Part shown: piece after piece, positions 11,136-20,000 of the stretch | Numbering within the stretch: the first letter of the stretch is position 1 | Layout of the letters: each line of letters opens with the position of its first letter | From: Rhizodiscina lignyota | Taxonomy: Eukaryota | DNA: 20,000 bases | Reading direction: 5' to 3' | Assembly: GCA_010015805.1 (NCBI GenBank) | Contig: ML978129.1 | Location: 1,669,385-1,689,384, forward strand | Program-made: the position numbers and the translations under genes | Notes under the pieces: model-generated | The model's input: the letters and a program-made list of their open reading frames with translations, nothing else | Told to the model about the DNA's origin: nothing | Databases searched by the model: none

Positions 11136-12346
11136 TCCAAGACGTCGGCTTGGGAGGCGTCGACGCGGCCTGCAAATCATCGACAGGGACGCGCTTCCTG
11201 TCTTCGTCCACCATGCCACCCCAATCCCGGAGATTAAGGCGTCAAGGCAATTTGCCCATTGCCCTTTAAAGCCTGGCACGTCCACTTTCGCGCATTGCGA
11301 TCGCCCAACTCTCCCAGTGCGGATTTCCAGATCGCGGTGCCTTGTCCGACGCTCCTTAGCCGCACGCCAACGGTGATAGAGACAAGCAACGACAAGACAT
11401 ACGTATGCTCACTACCGCTAAGCCACCATGCAATGCAAGACAAGCGAGCGGCCTTGCTTCAGCCTGAATCAATATGACGGAATGATATTCGATCCAGCTG
11501 TCCATTTTCACATACCCGTCTTGGGGATTTTCATCGTATCCAGTATCTATTTTGTGGTCCATATCCCCCAGAAGTGACGACACCCAACCACATAACCGGA
11601 CCCAGCAAATCCAATCTCGTTCGGGGTATTCTTCTGTCCTCTCTCTTGGTTTCTGTAGACGATATCACATCTTGACAGGTCCCACCATTCACGAGATCAC
11701 ACTGCGAACTGAGCATCATACTGCTTTAATCTAGAATTCGCGCCTCTTCCTCCTTTTGAATCTGTAGGTATCATTGGATTCCTTTATGCTCCACTGAGTG
11801 TCGGAGGCGGATTGCTGATCGAGCATCATGTCTGTTCAGTCCCAGATCTTCTTCTCCTGACCGACTCCGAGTCTGCAGATGACATTTGATCTTACAGGGG
11901 CATCTCATTTTGGGACTTCGACCGTTGATTAAGGACCATGTCGCTTCAATGGAAGATCATCTTCTATTGCTTTCCCATGAATCTGTAGCTGACATCGTCT
12001 ATGTTCTCCTCTACAATGCCACGAATCGATATCGCTAAATGAGCATTGTATTTATTAGACCCAGGAGCTTCTTCTCCTCGCTGGCTCTAAATCCACTGGC
12101 AGCATTAGATATTGCCGTACTCTACGAGCTGCGAGGAGAGATTGCTGATTGAGTATTGTATATCTCGGAGCGCCTTGTCACACAACCTGGGGTCTTAGTC
12201 TATTGCTTAAGTAGCCCGAGAGAAACCATTTACCAGGTTATTCATGCTCTTGTGTCTGCATGCTCTATATTTGTGGACAAGTCTATTGTGAATTTACACC
12301 AAAGCTAGTCTGTCGGCTCTAAAGCCCTCGACAACTAGAGTGCTAC

Positions 12347-13741
12347 CTAGTTCAATCGTCGGCGCTTTGCGCGCGCGGTGATGGCCACGTTGGAGCCGGA
12401 CTCCGACAGCGACAACGACGACAACGACGACAACGACGACAACGACGACAACGACGACAACGACGACAACGACGACAACGACGACGACAACTCACTTGAT
12501 ACCGACTCCTCATCCACATCCTTCCTCTTACGCTTTGAGGCCAGAGTACCCTGCTCGTCTTCCGAAGCTTCCTCGGTATCTGCCTCATTGCCATCGTTAT
12601 CCTCACTCTCACTTGGCAGGCCATCCGGATCAGAGCCGAGGCCAGACATCTCGCCACTATCACTCTCCGTATCCTCTTCCCGAGAGTCAAACCACTCGTC
12701 CTCATCGTCCAAGACATCTTTCTCCTGCTTCTTCCTGCCTGGGCGTCCTCGACCATGCCACACAGTGGACTTGACCTTGCCCACAACAGGGAAACTCAGC
12801 CCACCCCTCTTCTTTCGGACCTTCGCCGACTTGCCGGAGCGCTTGACCGCGAGTTCCATGTCCTTGGCTCTTGCCTTCTTCTTGACCGTCATCTGCGCGG
12901 CGAGCTTCTCGCCGTCCTTGGCCCAATCCTGCACACTGACCGGCTTCTGTTTGATAGCAGTTGCAGCGTTGGTCTGAGACCAGCTTGCCGCTGGCATGGG
13001 GCTACCGCCTACTCGGCCAGAATCCTTCAAGCCCTTCCACTTGCTCAGGTCGATTCCCTCGCGCGGATTGTGTCCCGGTAGTGGATACGCGAACTTCTCG
13101 AACTCTTGGAGGAGCTGTTCGGGGTCGTCAACACGCGTTGACTTGACCAGCGCATCGGCAAACTGCATGTGCAGTAGCAGGACGGCGGAATTGAACTTCG
13201 CGCCTCCGACGCCGGGCGTCGTGCTGAATGTCGAGAGGCCTTTGATGAAGGTCAGATAGAGGTTGATATCGAGCTTCTTGAGCTTGGCGAGGAAATGGTG
13301 GACGTCGGTTGCCTTTTCGGTGTTGGTATATGTAGGTTCCTCCGTGACAGAGCTGGTCGCTTTCGTGCTGTTGGCAACATGATGGGTGGGAGTCGTCGGC
13401 GTCAAGAACTCGGCAATATGGGTGGAACGAGAGAGGTGAGGCGTAGATTTGTGTCGCTGGCTCTGGTCGCGAGGCGCTGGGACTGGTTCAGGGCCATCAT
13501 CGATGATGCCATGAGCTGGACGCCGTGGGAGCGCAACACTTGTTTGAGACCGCTCGAGGAGTTGAGCTTTGGGCGTAAGAAACGATGGACTGGTACCACC
13601 TGGGATAGTGGCAGAGCAAAGATCTCTGAGTATTGTTAGCATGTTCAACGCGTGAGTGTTTATTCGAGATTCGACGCACTGCGAGTCTGCTTTCGCCACC
13701 GTCTTTGGTGTTGGATATGGAGCAGCGTCTTGAAACGCCAT
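12347..13741 (-). CDS. Hypothetical, probably nuclear protein (~464 aa from ATG 13741) with PAH-like helical segment, basic and acidic tracts and (SSL)8 repeat
   Basis: Long uninterrupted ORF; first ATG in AAAATGG context (MAFQDAAP). Basic NLS-like clusters (KVRKKR, KRKRK, C-terminal AKRRRLN), D/E-rich tract, GRGRPGRKK. Confidence 0.7.
   Translation of the reverse strand: MAFQDAAPYPTPKTVAKADSQCVESRINTHALNMLTILRDLCSATIPGGTSPSFLTPKAQLLERSQTSVALPRRPAHGIIDDGPEPVPAPRDQSQRHKSTPHLSRSTHIAEFLTPTTPTHHVANSTKATSSVTEEPTYTNTEKATDVHHFLAKLKKLDINLYLTFIKGLSTFSTTPGVGGAKFNSAVLLLHMQFADALVKSTRVDDPEQLLQEFEKFAYPLPGHNPREGIDLSKWKGLKDSGRVGGSPMPAASWSQTNAATAIKQKPVSVQDWAKDGEKLAAQMTVKKKARAKDMELAVKRSGKSAKVRKKRGGLSFPVVGKVKSTVWHGRGRPGRKKQEKDVLDDEDEWFDSREEDTESDSGEMSGLGSDPDGLPSESEDNDGNEADTEEASEDEQGTLASKRKRKDVDEESVSSELSSSLSSLSSLSSLSSLSSLSSLSSLSLSESGSNVAITARAKRRRLN
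12411..12491. repeat. Coding tandem repeat (GACAACGAC) x8 plus partial copy
   Basis: Eight perfect 9-bp units at 12411..12482 followed by GAC GACAAC; encodes (SSL)8 on the minus strand. Confidence 0.97.
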
Positions 13742-14283
13742 TTTCGAAGCAGAATGCACCTGATTATAGGGTAATCTCTTAGTTGGAGAGAATTGTCGGT
13801 GCTGAAAGAAAGTTGAAAGTATCGCTTGTCGACGAAGAAATCGTGGAAAAGGGGGGAGATTAATTGCTAGAGCCCAGCCGCCGGGAAGCCGACAATAGCA
13901 AGCACAATAGCAGTATCTTCCCTTCGGCTGACAGCTTAATGAAACTGAAGGCAAAAACCTAAAACCCAGTGATATCCGAGCAACTCGCACCCGAGGTAGA
14001 GGACTACAAGAACAATAGTTACCACTTCGACGAGGCCCATATTTGGAAGAGTAGTACGAAGAGTGGCAAATGTGTTTATGACTCTCGCTGAAATAAAAAG
14101 GTGTTGTAGTTGGTTTCCATTCACAGAATAGGTATTGCGCGGCTGGGTCCTGAATAAAGACCGCCGTGTGTAAACGCCTCCTGCCACCCGCCCCGTCTAT
14201 TTAGTCTCCAAATGACACCTAACTGGCATGTCCGTACACATGAGCAGCATGTGACAGTCAAAAAATTGAACCCAAAATATTGT

Positions 14284-15917
14284 CTATCTTCCCCGTGGGG
14301 TGGTCAAGCGTCCGTCTTTGATCGTCATTCTCCCACCACCTCCATCATACACAATCTCTGCGATACTCTTCTTCGTTCGCCAGCTATCATCGTGTTTACC
14401 TAGGATGACGAAATTTGCGGGCTCTCCGGGGAGGATGTTAAGGGATGTTTGAGGGAGGCCGATCGCGGATTTGGCACGCGAAGAGACACAGTCCTGCGGT
14501 AGAGTTAGTTTCCCATCGACCCGTCGCGAATATTGAGCCCAACACATACATATAAGAGCTCAGCATCCTTCTTCGTTCCCGCTTGATACACGCCGACGCA
14601 CATGCTCGCAATGGAAAGGGGGTCACAGCTTCCGTGAGGTGTGAACGCGTTGCCAACGTTGTTTATAGCGATTGAGGCATTGAGCAGATGCCACTCAATC
14701 ATTTCGAGTACGTTCAGTGTACCTCTGACACCCGATGAGGTCCGCATCATGAACAAGTCTGAAGTCGGCAGGCCAACAAAGTGTACGGGCAAGGTACCAA
14801 TCGCATCGCCCAACTCTTTCCACTGCTCCTTTTGCTTGAAACATGTCAGACGCGTACAGTGGCCCATGGTGATGGCCTTGCCATTTCGATGGCGCCAATT
14901 CCGCTCATGGAGTATGCGCAGAGCATCAAACATGAAAGGTCGCTTCGTTTCGTCGAGATGATAGTCCATATGGAAGTCCAGGTGCTTGCCATGGTTCAAG
15001 GCTAGCGATGAGATCCAGCGAACATTCATCTTCATCTTGACGATGTCTTGCTCTACGTACGGCGTGCTGCCAACTACATCGACATCATCCAGTTTCGCAG
15101 CTTCTCTCATGAGGTCGCGGACTAGCTCGCCACCATCAGGACCGGAGAATATTGCATACTGCGCAAAGGCACAGATTTGAATTTCGCAGCGATCTTGAAA
15201 TTCTTTCTTTAGCTTCAAGCCAGCGTCGAGGCATTTCGTCATGACGTCTCCATCTAGCTCCACGAATGCGCGCATGTGAGTGACTCCGGCTTGTATGCTC
15301 TCTTCGATCAGACGCCGCCCTCGACGGAGAAGATCGTCCTCCTCGAAGCGCTTCTTGGCCTGGCCAGTCAATGACATAGCCTCGTTGAAATCGCCCTTGA
15401 TGATCTCCAGATCGCTGAACTTGGGATCTTGCAGGATGAAGCATTTGTCGAGATGGATGTGAGCATGGCAGAGGGATGGCGCCAGAAATCGATCGCTTGC
15501 ATCAAGGACACTTGGAATGGTACTGAGATCCGGCGAATCGTAGTCGTGAGGCTCGACGGCCTGAATCTTGCCTTCTCGAATTGAGACGTCCCACAAAGAC
15601 GATGGATCTCGGCGAGGGAGCCGGACCCCCATGATCTTCCAAATGGGGAAAGACGGCTCCGTGATTTCAGAAAGACGTTTGACCATCATGCTGCGCCGTT
15701 TGGCAGTGTTGGCGACCGGTTCCTCGAAAAGGGTATCCTCATCGTCTGTCGGAATTGTTATGGAGGACCGGGTAGTTGACATTGATGCTCGGACGGAAGA
15801 CATCATTGACGATCTCAGCGTGGACAGTGATGAGACGGAGTCTCTATCAGATAGAGCATCCTTAGCCAGCTCGACGTCTATATCGATGCCACGCTTTGCC
15901 ATGTACTGGGTTGACAT
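14284..15917 (-). CDS. Metal-dependent amidohydrolase, bacterial cytosine deaminase (CodA)-like, ~525 aa; exons 15917..14550 and 14493..14284
   Basis: APSLCHAHIHLDK (HxH metal motif), GVTHMRAFVE, IQICAFAQ, FHMDY, GHCT, NNVGNAFTP, and C-terminal GEPANFVIL...TIKDGRL beta strands. ATG 15917 in GCCGCCATG context. Intron 14549..14494 (GTATGT..CTAAC..CAG). Confidence 0.88.
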
Positions 15918-16552
15918 GGCGGCGATGAAGTCCGCTAGCTCTTTTGACTCTATTTCCGGCCTGCGGCAATCGCTGTGACGGGCCAGCCCTACGGAGTCGA
16001 CGTATATGAGTAAGTAGCCAGGGGCAGGCTCGCGAGGATCTCTCACCGGCAACGTATGTTAATTGGAAATTTTTACAAGAAGAAGATGACTTGAGGGGAG
16101 AAGAAGTAGCAGGCGATCAATGTAGTATAATATATTCCTCCTGAGATTGCCAGAGATGCTTCACGTTTCGCATTGTGTCAGCCACGGTACTTCAGGCTAT
16201 GCAAGCCGAGACGTCTTCTAACGGCGCGTCGCGACACGGATCCTCCAGGGGACATTGTAGCAGTCGCACTACACAAACAAGCAAAGGTCCATGTATTTAT
16301 GTTTCATGCCGGGGCTTCTTGAGACGCAAAACCTCATCAACAGCACGAGCAGGTCGTGCTGAGCTGCTGTTGGTCCGAACGTGCCCCGCTTGCCCCCAAG
16401 TTGGCTAACGACGCGTGGGCAGACCCCCAGGAGGCGCGTTACCTTGCTGAAGCAACCTCGACTTTTTTTCCAACACCAGTTCCATCGAACACCATCTTCA
16501 TTCCATTCCTCCATCCGCGGCGTTGCTCGGTCGCACTCCACAAGCCGTCAAG
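15918..16552. promoter_or_regulatory. Divergent intergenic region between amidohydrolase and SWIB-domain gene
   Basis: Head-to-head start codons with 635 bp between them; AT-rich TATAATATAT at about 16126-16135. Confidence 0.45.
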
Positions 16553-18375
16553 ATGCAGGCTACGTATCGGAATTTCCCGCCGCAAGCGAATCAACGGTCG
16601 CCGCAAACCGTCAGGCGCGGGCCCGGTTAGTACCTCTGTCTTCATCGCACATGCGCCCAATATCTGCACCCACCCTCTCCTTCCTGCCCCATCGCTCTCT
16701 TACCCCTCTTTCCTCGTTACGCAAGCAATGATCAGACGAGCTGACTTGGAGACCACTCTTCGCCATGCAGGCCCAATGCTCACCGCGCCCGCCGCGCCAA
16801 ACCCCCAGCAGATGCAAGCCCAGCACCAGATGGAGCAGCAGAAGCGCGAATTGGCCAAGCGCCAGGCGCGCAAGCCGACCGACAAGAACATGCCTGATGG
16901 TCTGGAGGACATTGTGATCGGCGACGGCGTCCAGAGGTACAAGAACCTCCGCGAGGTCGAGCGCCGATTGGATGCGGTCATGATGAGGAAGAGACTGGAC
17001 ATCACAGACTCGGTCAACAGGAACCTGCGTCGCTATCGCACATTGCGCATATGGGTGTCGAATACGGCAGAGAATCAGCCTTGGCAGCAAACAAATCTGG
17101 AGCCGGAGAGTTTTGACTTCGGTACAGACTCTCAGGCCACGTTCAGAGTCAAGATTGAAGGCCGACTGCTGAAAGACGAGGACGAGTTGGCCGATGAAGA
17201 TCCCGCAAATGGCACAAACAACGAGGCCGACAAAGACGCGGATGCCATGGACACCGACATCAATGACTCGAAAGCCAAATCACCACCCCGACCACTGGAG
17301 CGCACGAAGCTCTCGCACTTCTTCAAGAGCATAACCATTGATTTCGACCGGTCAAAGTCGCTTCAACCCGATGGATACACGCAGATTGAGTGGAAAAAGC
17401 CAGAACCGCGACAAGCAGCCAACAACCCCGATTCGGTCAACTTCGACTGTCTGGAATTCGAGCGCAAGAGCGATGAGAACATCAACATTACCATCAAGCT
17501 CGGCCGAGATGAGCAGCCTGAGCGCTTCCAGTTGAGCCCTCCATTGGCGAAGTTGCTGGACGCAGAAGAGGACGATCGCGCCGGTGTTGTGATGGGCATA
17601 TGGGGATACATTCAAGAGATGGGTCTTCAAGAGGACGAGGAGACGAGGAAGATTCGCTGTGACCAAAACTTGCGAGAAGTGAGTTTCCCACTGCTCTAGT
17701 GGCGCTTATACTATTTTACTAACTGGAGCGCAGGTATTTCAGGCGGATACTATATTCTTCCCGCAGATCCCGGACCTGATTCTGAGGCATTTGTCGCCTC
17801 TTCCGCCGATCACACTCAAATACACCATTCGAGTCGATTCTGCCTACATCAACCCGCCTGCGAATGCAACGAATGGCGCTACCCCGGGCTCAGATCAAGG
17901 AGAAGCTACTCAACCCTCTGCCCCCACGATTTACGATATCCAGGTACCCACAGCCGACCCATTCCGTGCCGCACTCACCTCCCTCACCCACTTCTCCCCA
18001 ATCAATACCGGCCCCGACCGACATGCTCAAACCCATCAAGTCCTCGCCGAACTCGCTCGCCTTGATGACACTCTAGCCGGGTCAATTAGCGCAATCAACC
18101 GATCCCGCGCAAAGCATGCCTTCTTCTCATCCTTGGCATCTGATCCCGCCAAGTTCATCAATCGGTGGGTGAGCAGCCAGAGGAGAGATCTGCAGGTCAT
18201 CTTGGGTGAGAGTCGCGGTGGTGTCGGACCTGTTGGCGGTGTCGGTTACGGTTGGGACGAAGGTGGAAGGGAGGAATGGAGATGGGGCGGCAAAGACGGT
18301 GTTTGGGGAAGCAAAGGCGCTGTGGAGGCAGCGGGCTTATTCTTGGGCAGGATGCGACCTGAGCCAAGGACCTGA
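16553..18375 (+). CDS. SNF12: SWI/SNF-RSC complex SWIB-domain subunit (BAF60/SMARCD; Snf12/Rsc6/Ssr3 family), ~540 aa; exons 16553..16625, 16771..17678, 17734..18375
   Basis: KPTDKNMPDG, YKNLREVERRLDAVMMRKRLD, TLRIWVSNT, KLSHFFKSITI, SWIB domain (LSPPLAKLL..GIWGYI..IRCDQNLREVF..FFPQIPDLILRHL), DPAKFINRWVSSQRRDL. Introns 16626..16770 (GTTAGT..GCTGAC..CAG) and 17679..17733 (GTGAGT..ACTAAC..CAG) keep the frame. Confidence 0.92.
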
Positions 18376-18912
18376 GCCGTGGATATGGTTTCAGTTACTG
18401 GGAGTCTACTGGTTTTACGGATTATGGTTGATGGGGAAGGTTCTTTTTGGATGGAGTTTGGAAAGCATGACGGGATCTATGGACGCATCATACCCAAGGC
18501 TTTCGGGGAATACTTTTGTACTAGTAATGCTCGTAAACACGAACATCGATGTTGTGATAAACTCGTCTTTCAGGAATGTGTGAGTGTAGTGACATACCTA
18601 TGCGGCTATCTATGCACTTCTTTGACTAGGATCTGCCGTAGCGGGTGCGGTGCACCGCAACTGCGTTGGGGCTCGATTCCGACCATCTTTGATTGGACCA
18701 CTGCACGTTCGACGTTGAAGATAAATCTTCCCAGAGCTTTTTGGGCCTCAATTCCAATATAACGACGACGACTAGCGCCCTAGAGAAAGCAAGCAGTCTA
18801 TTCTGTGTCGCTGAAGACGAGAAAAAAGCACTCGCCACTGGTCACGGGCCGTCGTAGACCATTGTAGGACTATGCGAAACGACCTCTCGCAATAAATCGA
18901 ACATTCCTCGCA

Positions 18913-19536
18913 ATGTCTTCCTCCAAATCTAACGCCTACAACTCCACGGGCGGCGACACCTCCTTCCGCCGCACATGGAACAAAGAAGAATATGCCGCAA
19001 AAGCGCAAGAGCGCGATGAGCGCGGAAAAGAAGAAGGCAAAGCTCGCCATGAAGCCGCCCTCGCCGGTAAGAAGTACATTCGCCGCGCCTCCACACCCCC
19101 AGATGCGCGCGACACCGAAGCGCGACAGCATCGCCTCGATGTCGGCAACATGGTGGGCAAGACGCAGCTCGTACCTGCGGGCGCGGCGGTGGGAAAGCGT
19201 GGGCGAGGAGCGGGCTTCTACTGCGATGCGTGCGATTTGACGTTCAAGGACAACTTGCAGTTTGTGGAGCACTTGAATTCGCGGCAGCATCTTGTCAATA
19301 CGGGGCAGAGTGGGGAGGTGAAGAGGGCGACGGTCGACGAGGTCAAGGCGCGGTTGAGGTGGTTGAAGCAGAAGAAGGAGGAGGAAGCGGCAGAGGCAGT
19401 GGTGGACTTGGGGGCTCGTTTGGAGAGGTCACAGGTTAAGGAGGAGCAGGAGAGGGAAGAGAAGAGACGGAAGAGGAATGAGAGGCGGAGGAAGGGCCCA
19501 AGAGATGAAGCGACGACAGTCAAGATGGAGGATTGA
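18913..19536 (+). CDS. SNU23: U4/U6.U5 tri-snRNP/B-complex zinc-finger protein Snu23/ZMAT2, 207 aa
   Basis: FRRTWNKEEY N-terminus; matrin-type zinc finger GFYCDACDLTFKDNLQFVEHLNSRQH; ATVDEVKARL; charged C-terminal coil. Intronless. Confidence 0.92.
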   Translation: MSSSKSNAYNSTGGDTSFRRTWNKEEYAAKAQERDERGKEEGKARHEAALAGKKYIRRASTPPDARDTEARQHRLDVGNMVGKTQLVPAGAAVGKRGRGAGFYCDACDLTFKDNLQFVEHLNSRQHLVNTGQSGEVKRATVDEVKARLRWLKQKKEEEAAEAVVDLGARLERSQVKEEQEREEKRRKRNERRRKGPRDEATTVKMED

Positions 19537-19704
19537 TGATATTTCATTGCTACTATTGCATTGCGTGGCGTTAGGATACGGGGCTACACATTGAACATTG
19601 GTGCATGATACCCCAGTTTTCGACAGCACAGGACAGGCAAATTCACACAAGAGAAGTTGACAATCGTACTATAACTGTGTCCCATGTGCGGCCACCACCG
19701 CTAC

Positions 19705-19778
19705 AGCACCCAGCTTTAACGCATCTCCTACCGTGACTTAGCACCCAGCTTTAACGCATCTCCTACCGTGACTTAGCA
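19705..19778. repeat. Perfect 35-bp tandem duplication
   Basis: AGCACCCAGCTTTAACGCATCTCCTACCGTGACTT at 19705..19739 and 19740..19774, followed by AGCA. Confidence 0.97.
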
Positions 19779-20000
19779 ACCATCCGTGAGAGCGATTCCG
19801 CTATTTCACATCGTGACTCCACACATGTACGAGAGAAAAGAGAGCGAGAGCGATCTAACTACGACTTGCGAGCACTTAGGACAATTGAGAAATTAGTCCA
19901 TCCAACTTTGAAGTGCCGCCAATCTGAAGTTCTGAATTTTATCGAAGAGCAAACTGGTGAAGGTCGGTCGAGTAGACTCTCACACAAAATTCTCTGGCGA

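Noticed and set aside
12352..12977. Alternative ORFs encoding (RRC)n or (DND)n as separate genes
   Set aside because: They are shadows of the repeat and of the biased composition of the longer minus-strand ORF.
13742..13990. 83-codon N-terminal extension of the orphan ORF in the ORF track
   Set aside because: Begins at a non-ATG codon; the first ATG with good context is at 13741.
16411..16416. ACGCGT (MCB-like) site in the divergent promoter, also at 2576-2581
   Set aside because: Single 6-mers occurring at about the chance frequency for 20 kb, including copies inside coding regions.
16356..16552. ORF-track start for the SWIB gene
   Set aside because: Non-ATG start; a spliced model from ATG 16553 with a canonical intron is a better fit.
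18772..19547. Antisense ORFs over Snu23 (and similar ones over the kinase, SWIB and amidohydrolase genes)
   Set aside because: Typical antisense shadows of GC-rich coding sequence with no independent motifs.
19705..19778. 35-bp repeat as a CRISPR array
   Set aside because: Copies are adjacent with no spacer, there are no cas genes, and the context is eukaryotic.

Overview
Gene-dense eukaryotic DNA from a filamentous ascomycete (Pezizomycotina-type), judged from short GT-AG introns with CTRAC-like branch points and the protein sequences. Nine protein-coding genes can be supported: the 3' end of a glutathione S-transferase (+); a membrane-anchored pepsin/yapsin-like aspartic protease homolog with degenerate catalytic motifs (-); an SDR dehydrogenase (-) divergent from an Sds3-like Rpd3L/Sin3 HDAC subunit (+); a PDK1/Pkh/Ksg1 kinase (-); an orphan, probably nuclear protein with a PAH-like helical segment, an AT-hook-like motif and a coding 9-bp tandem repeat (-); a CodA-like amidohydrolase with substituted catalytic residues (-) divergent from a SWIB/BAF60 (Snf12/Rsc6-family) remodeler subunit (+); and Snu23/ZMAT2 (+). 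No tRNA, rRNA, CRISPR array or recognisable transposon was seen. The best leads are the PAH-like orphan, the probable pseudo-protease with receptor-like topology, and the amidohydrolase lacking the canonical Glu/Asp. All family calls come from motif recognition by eye, with no database search.
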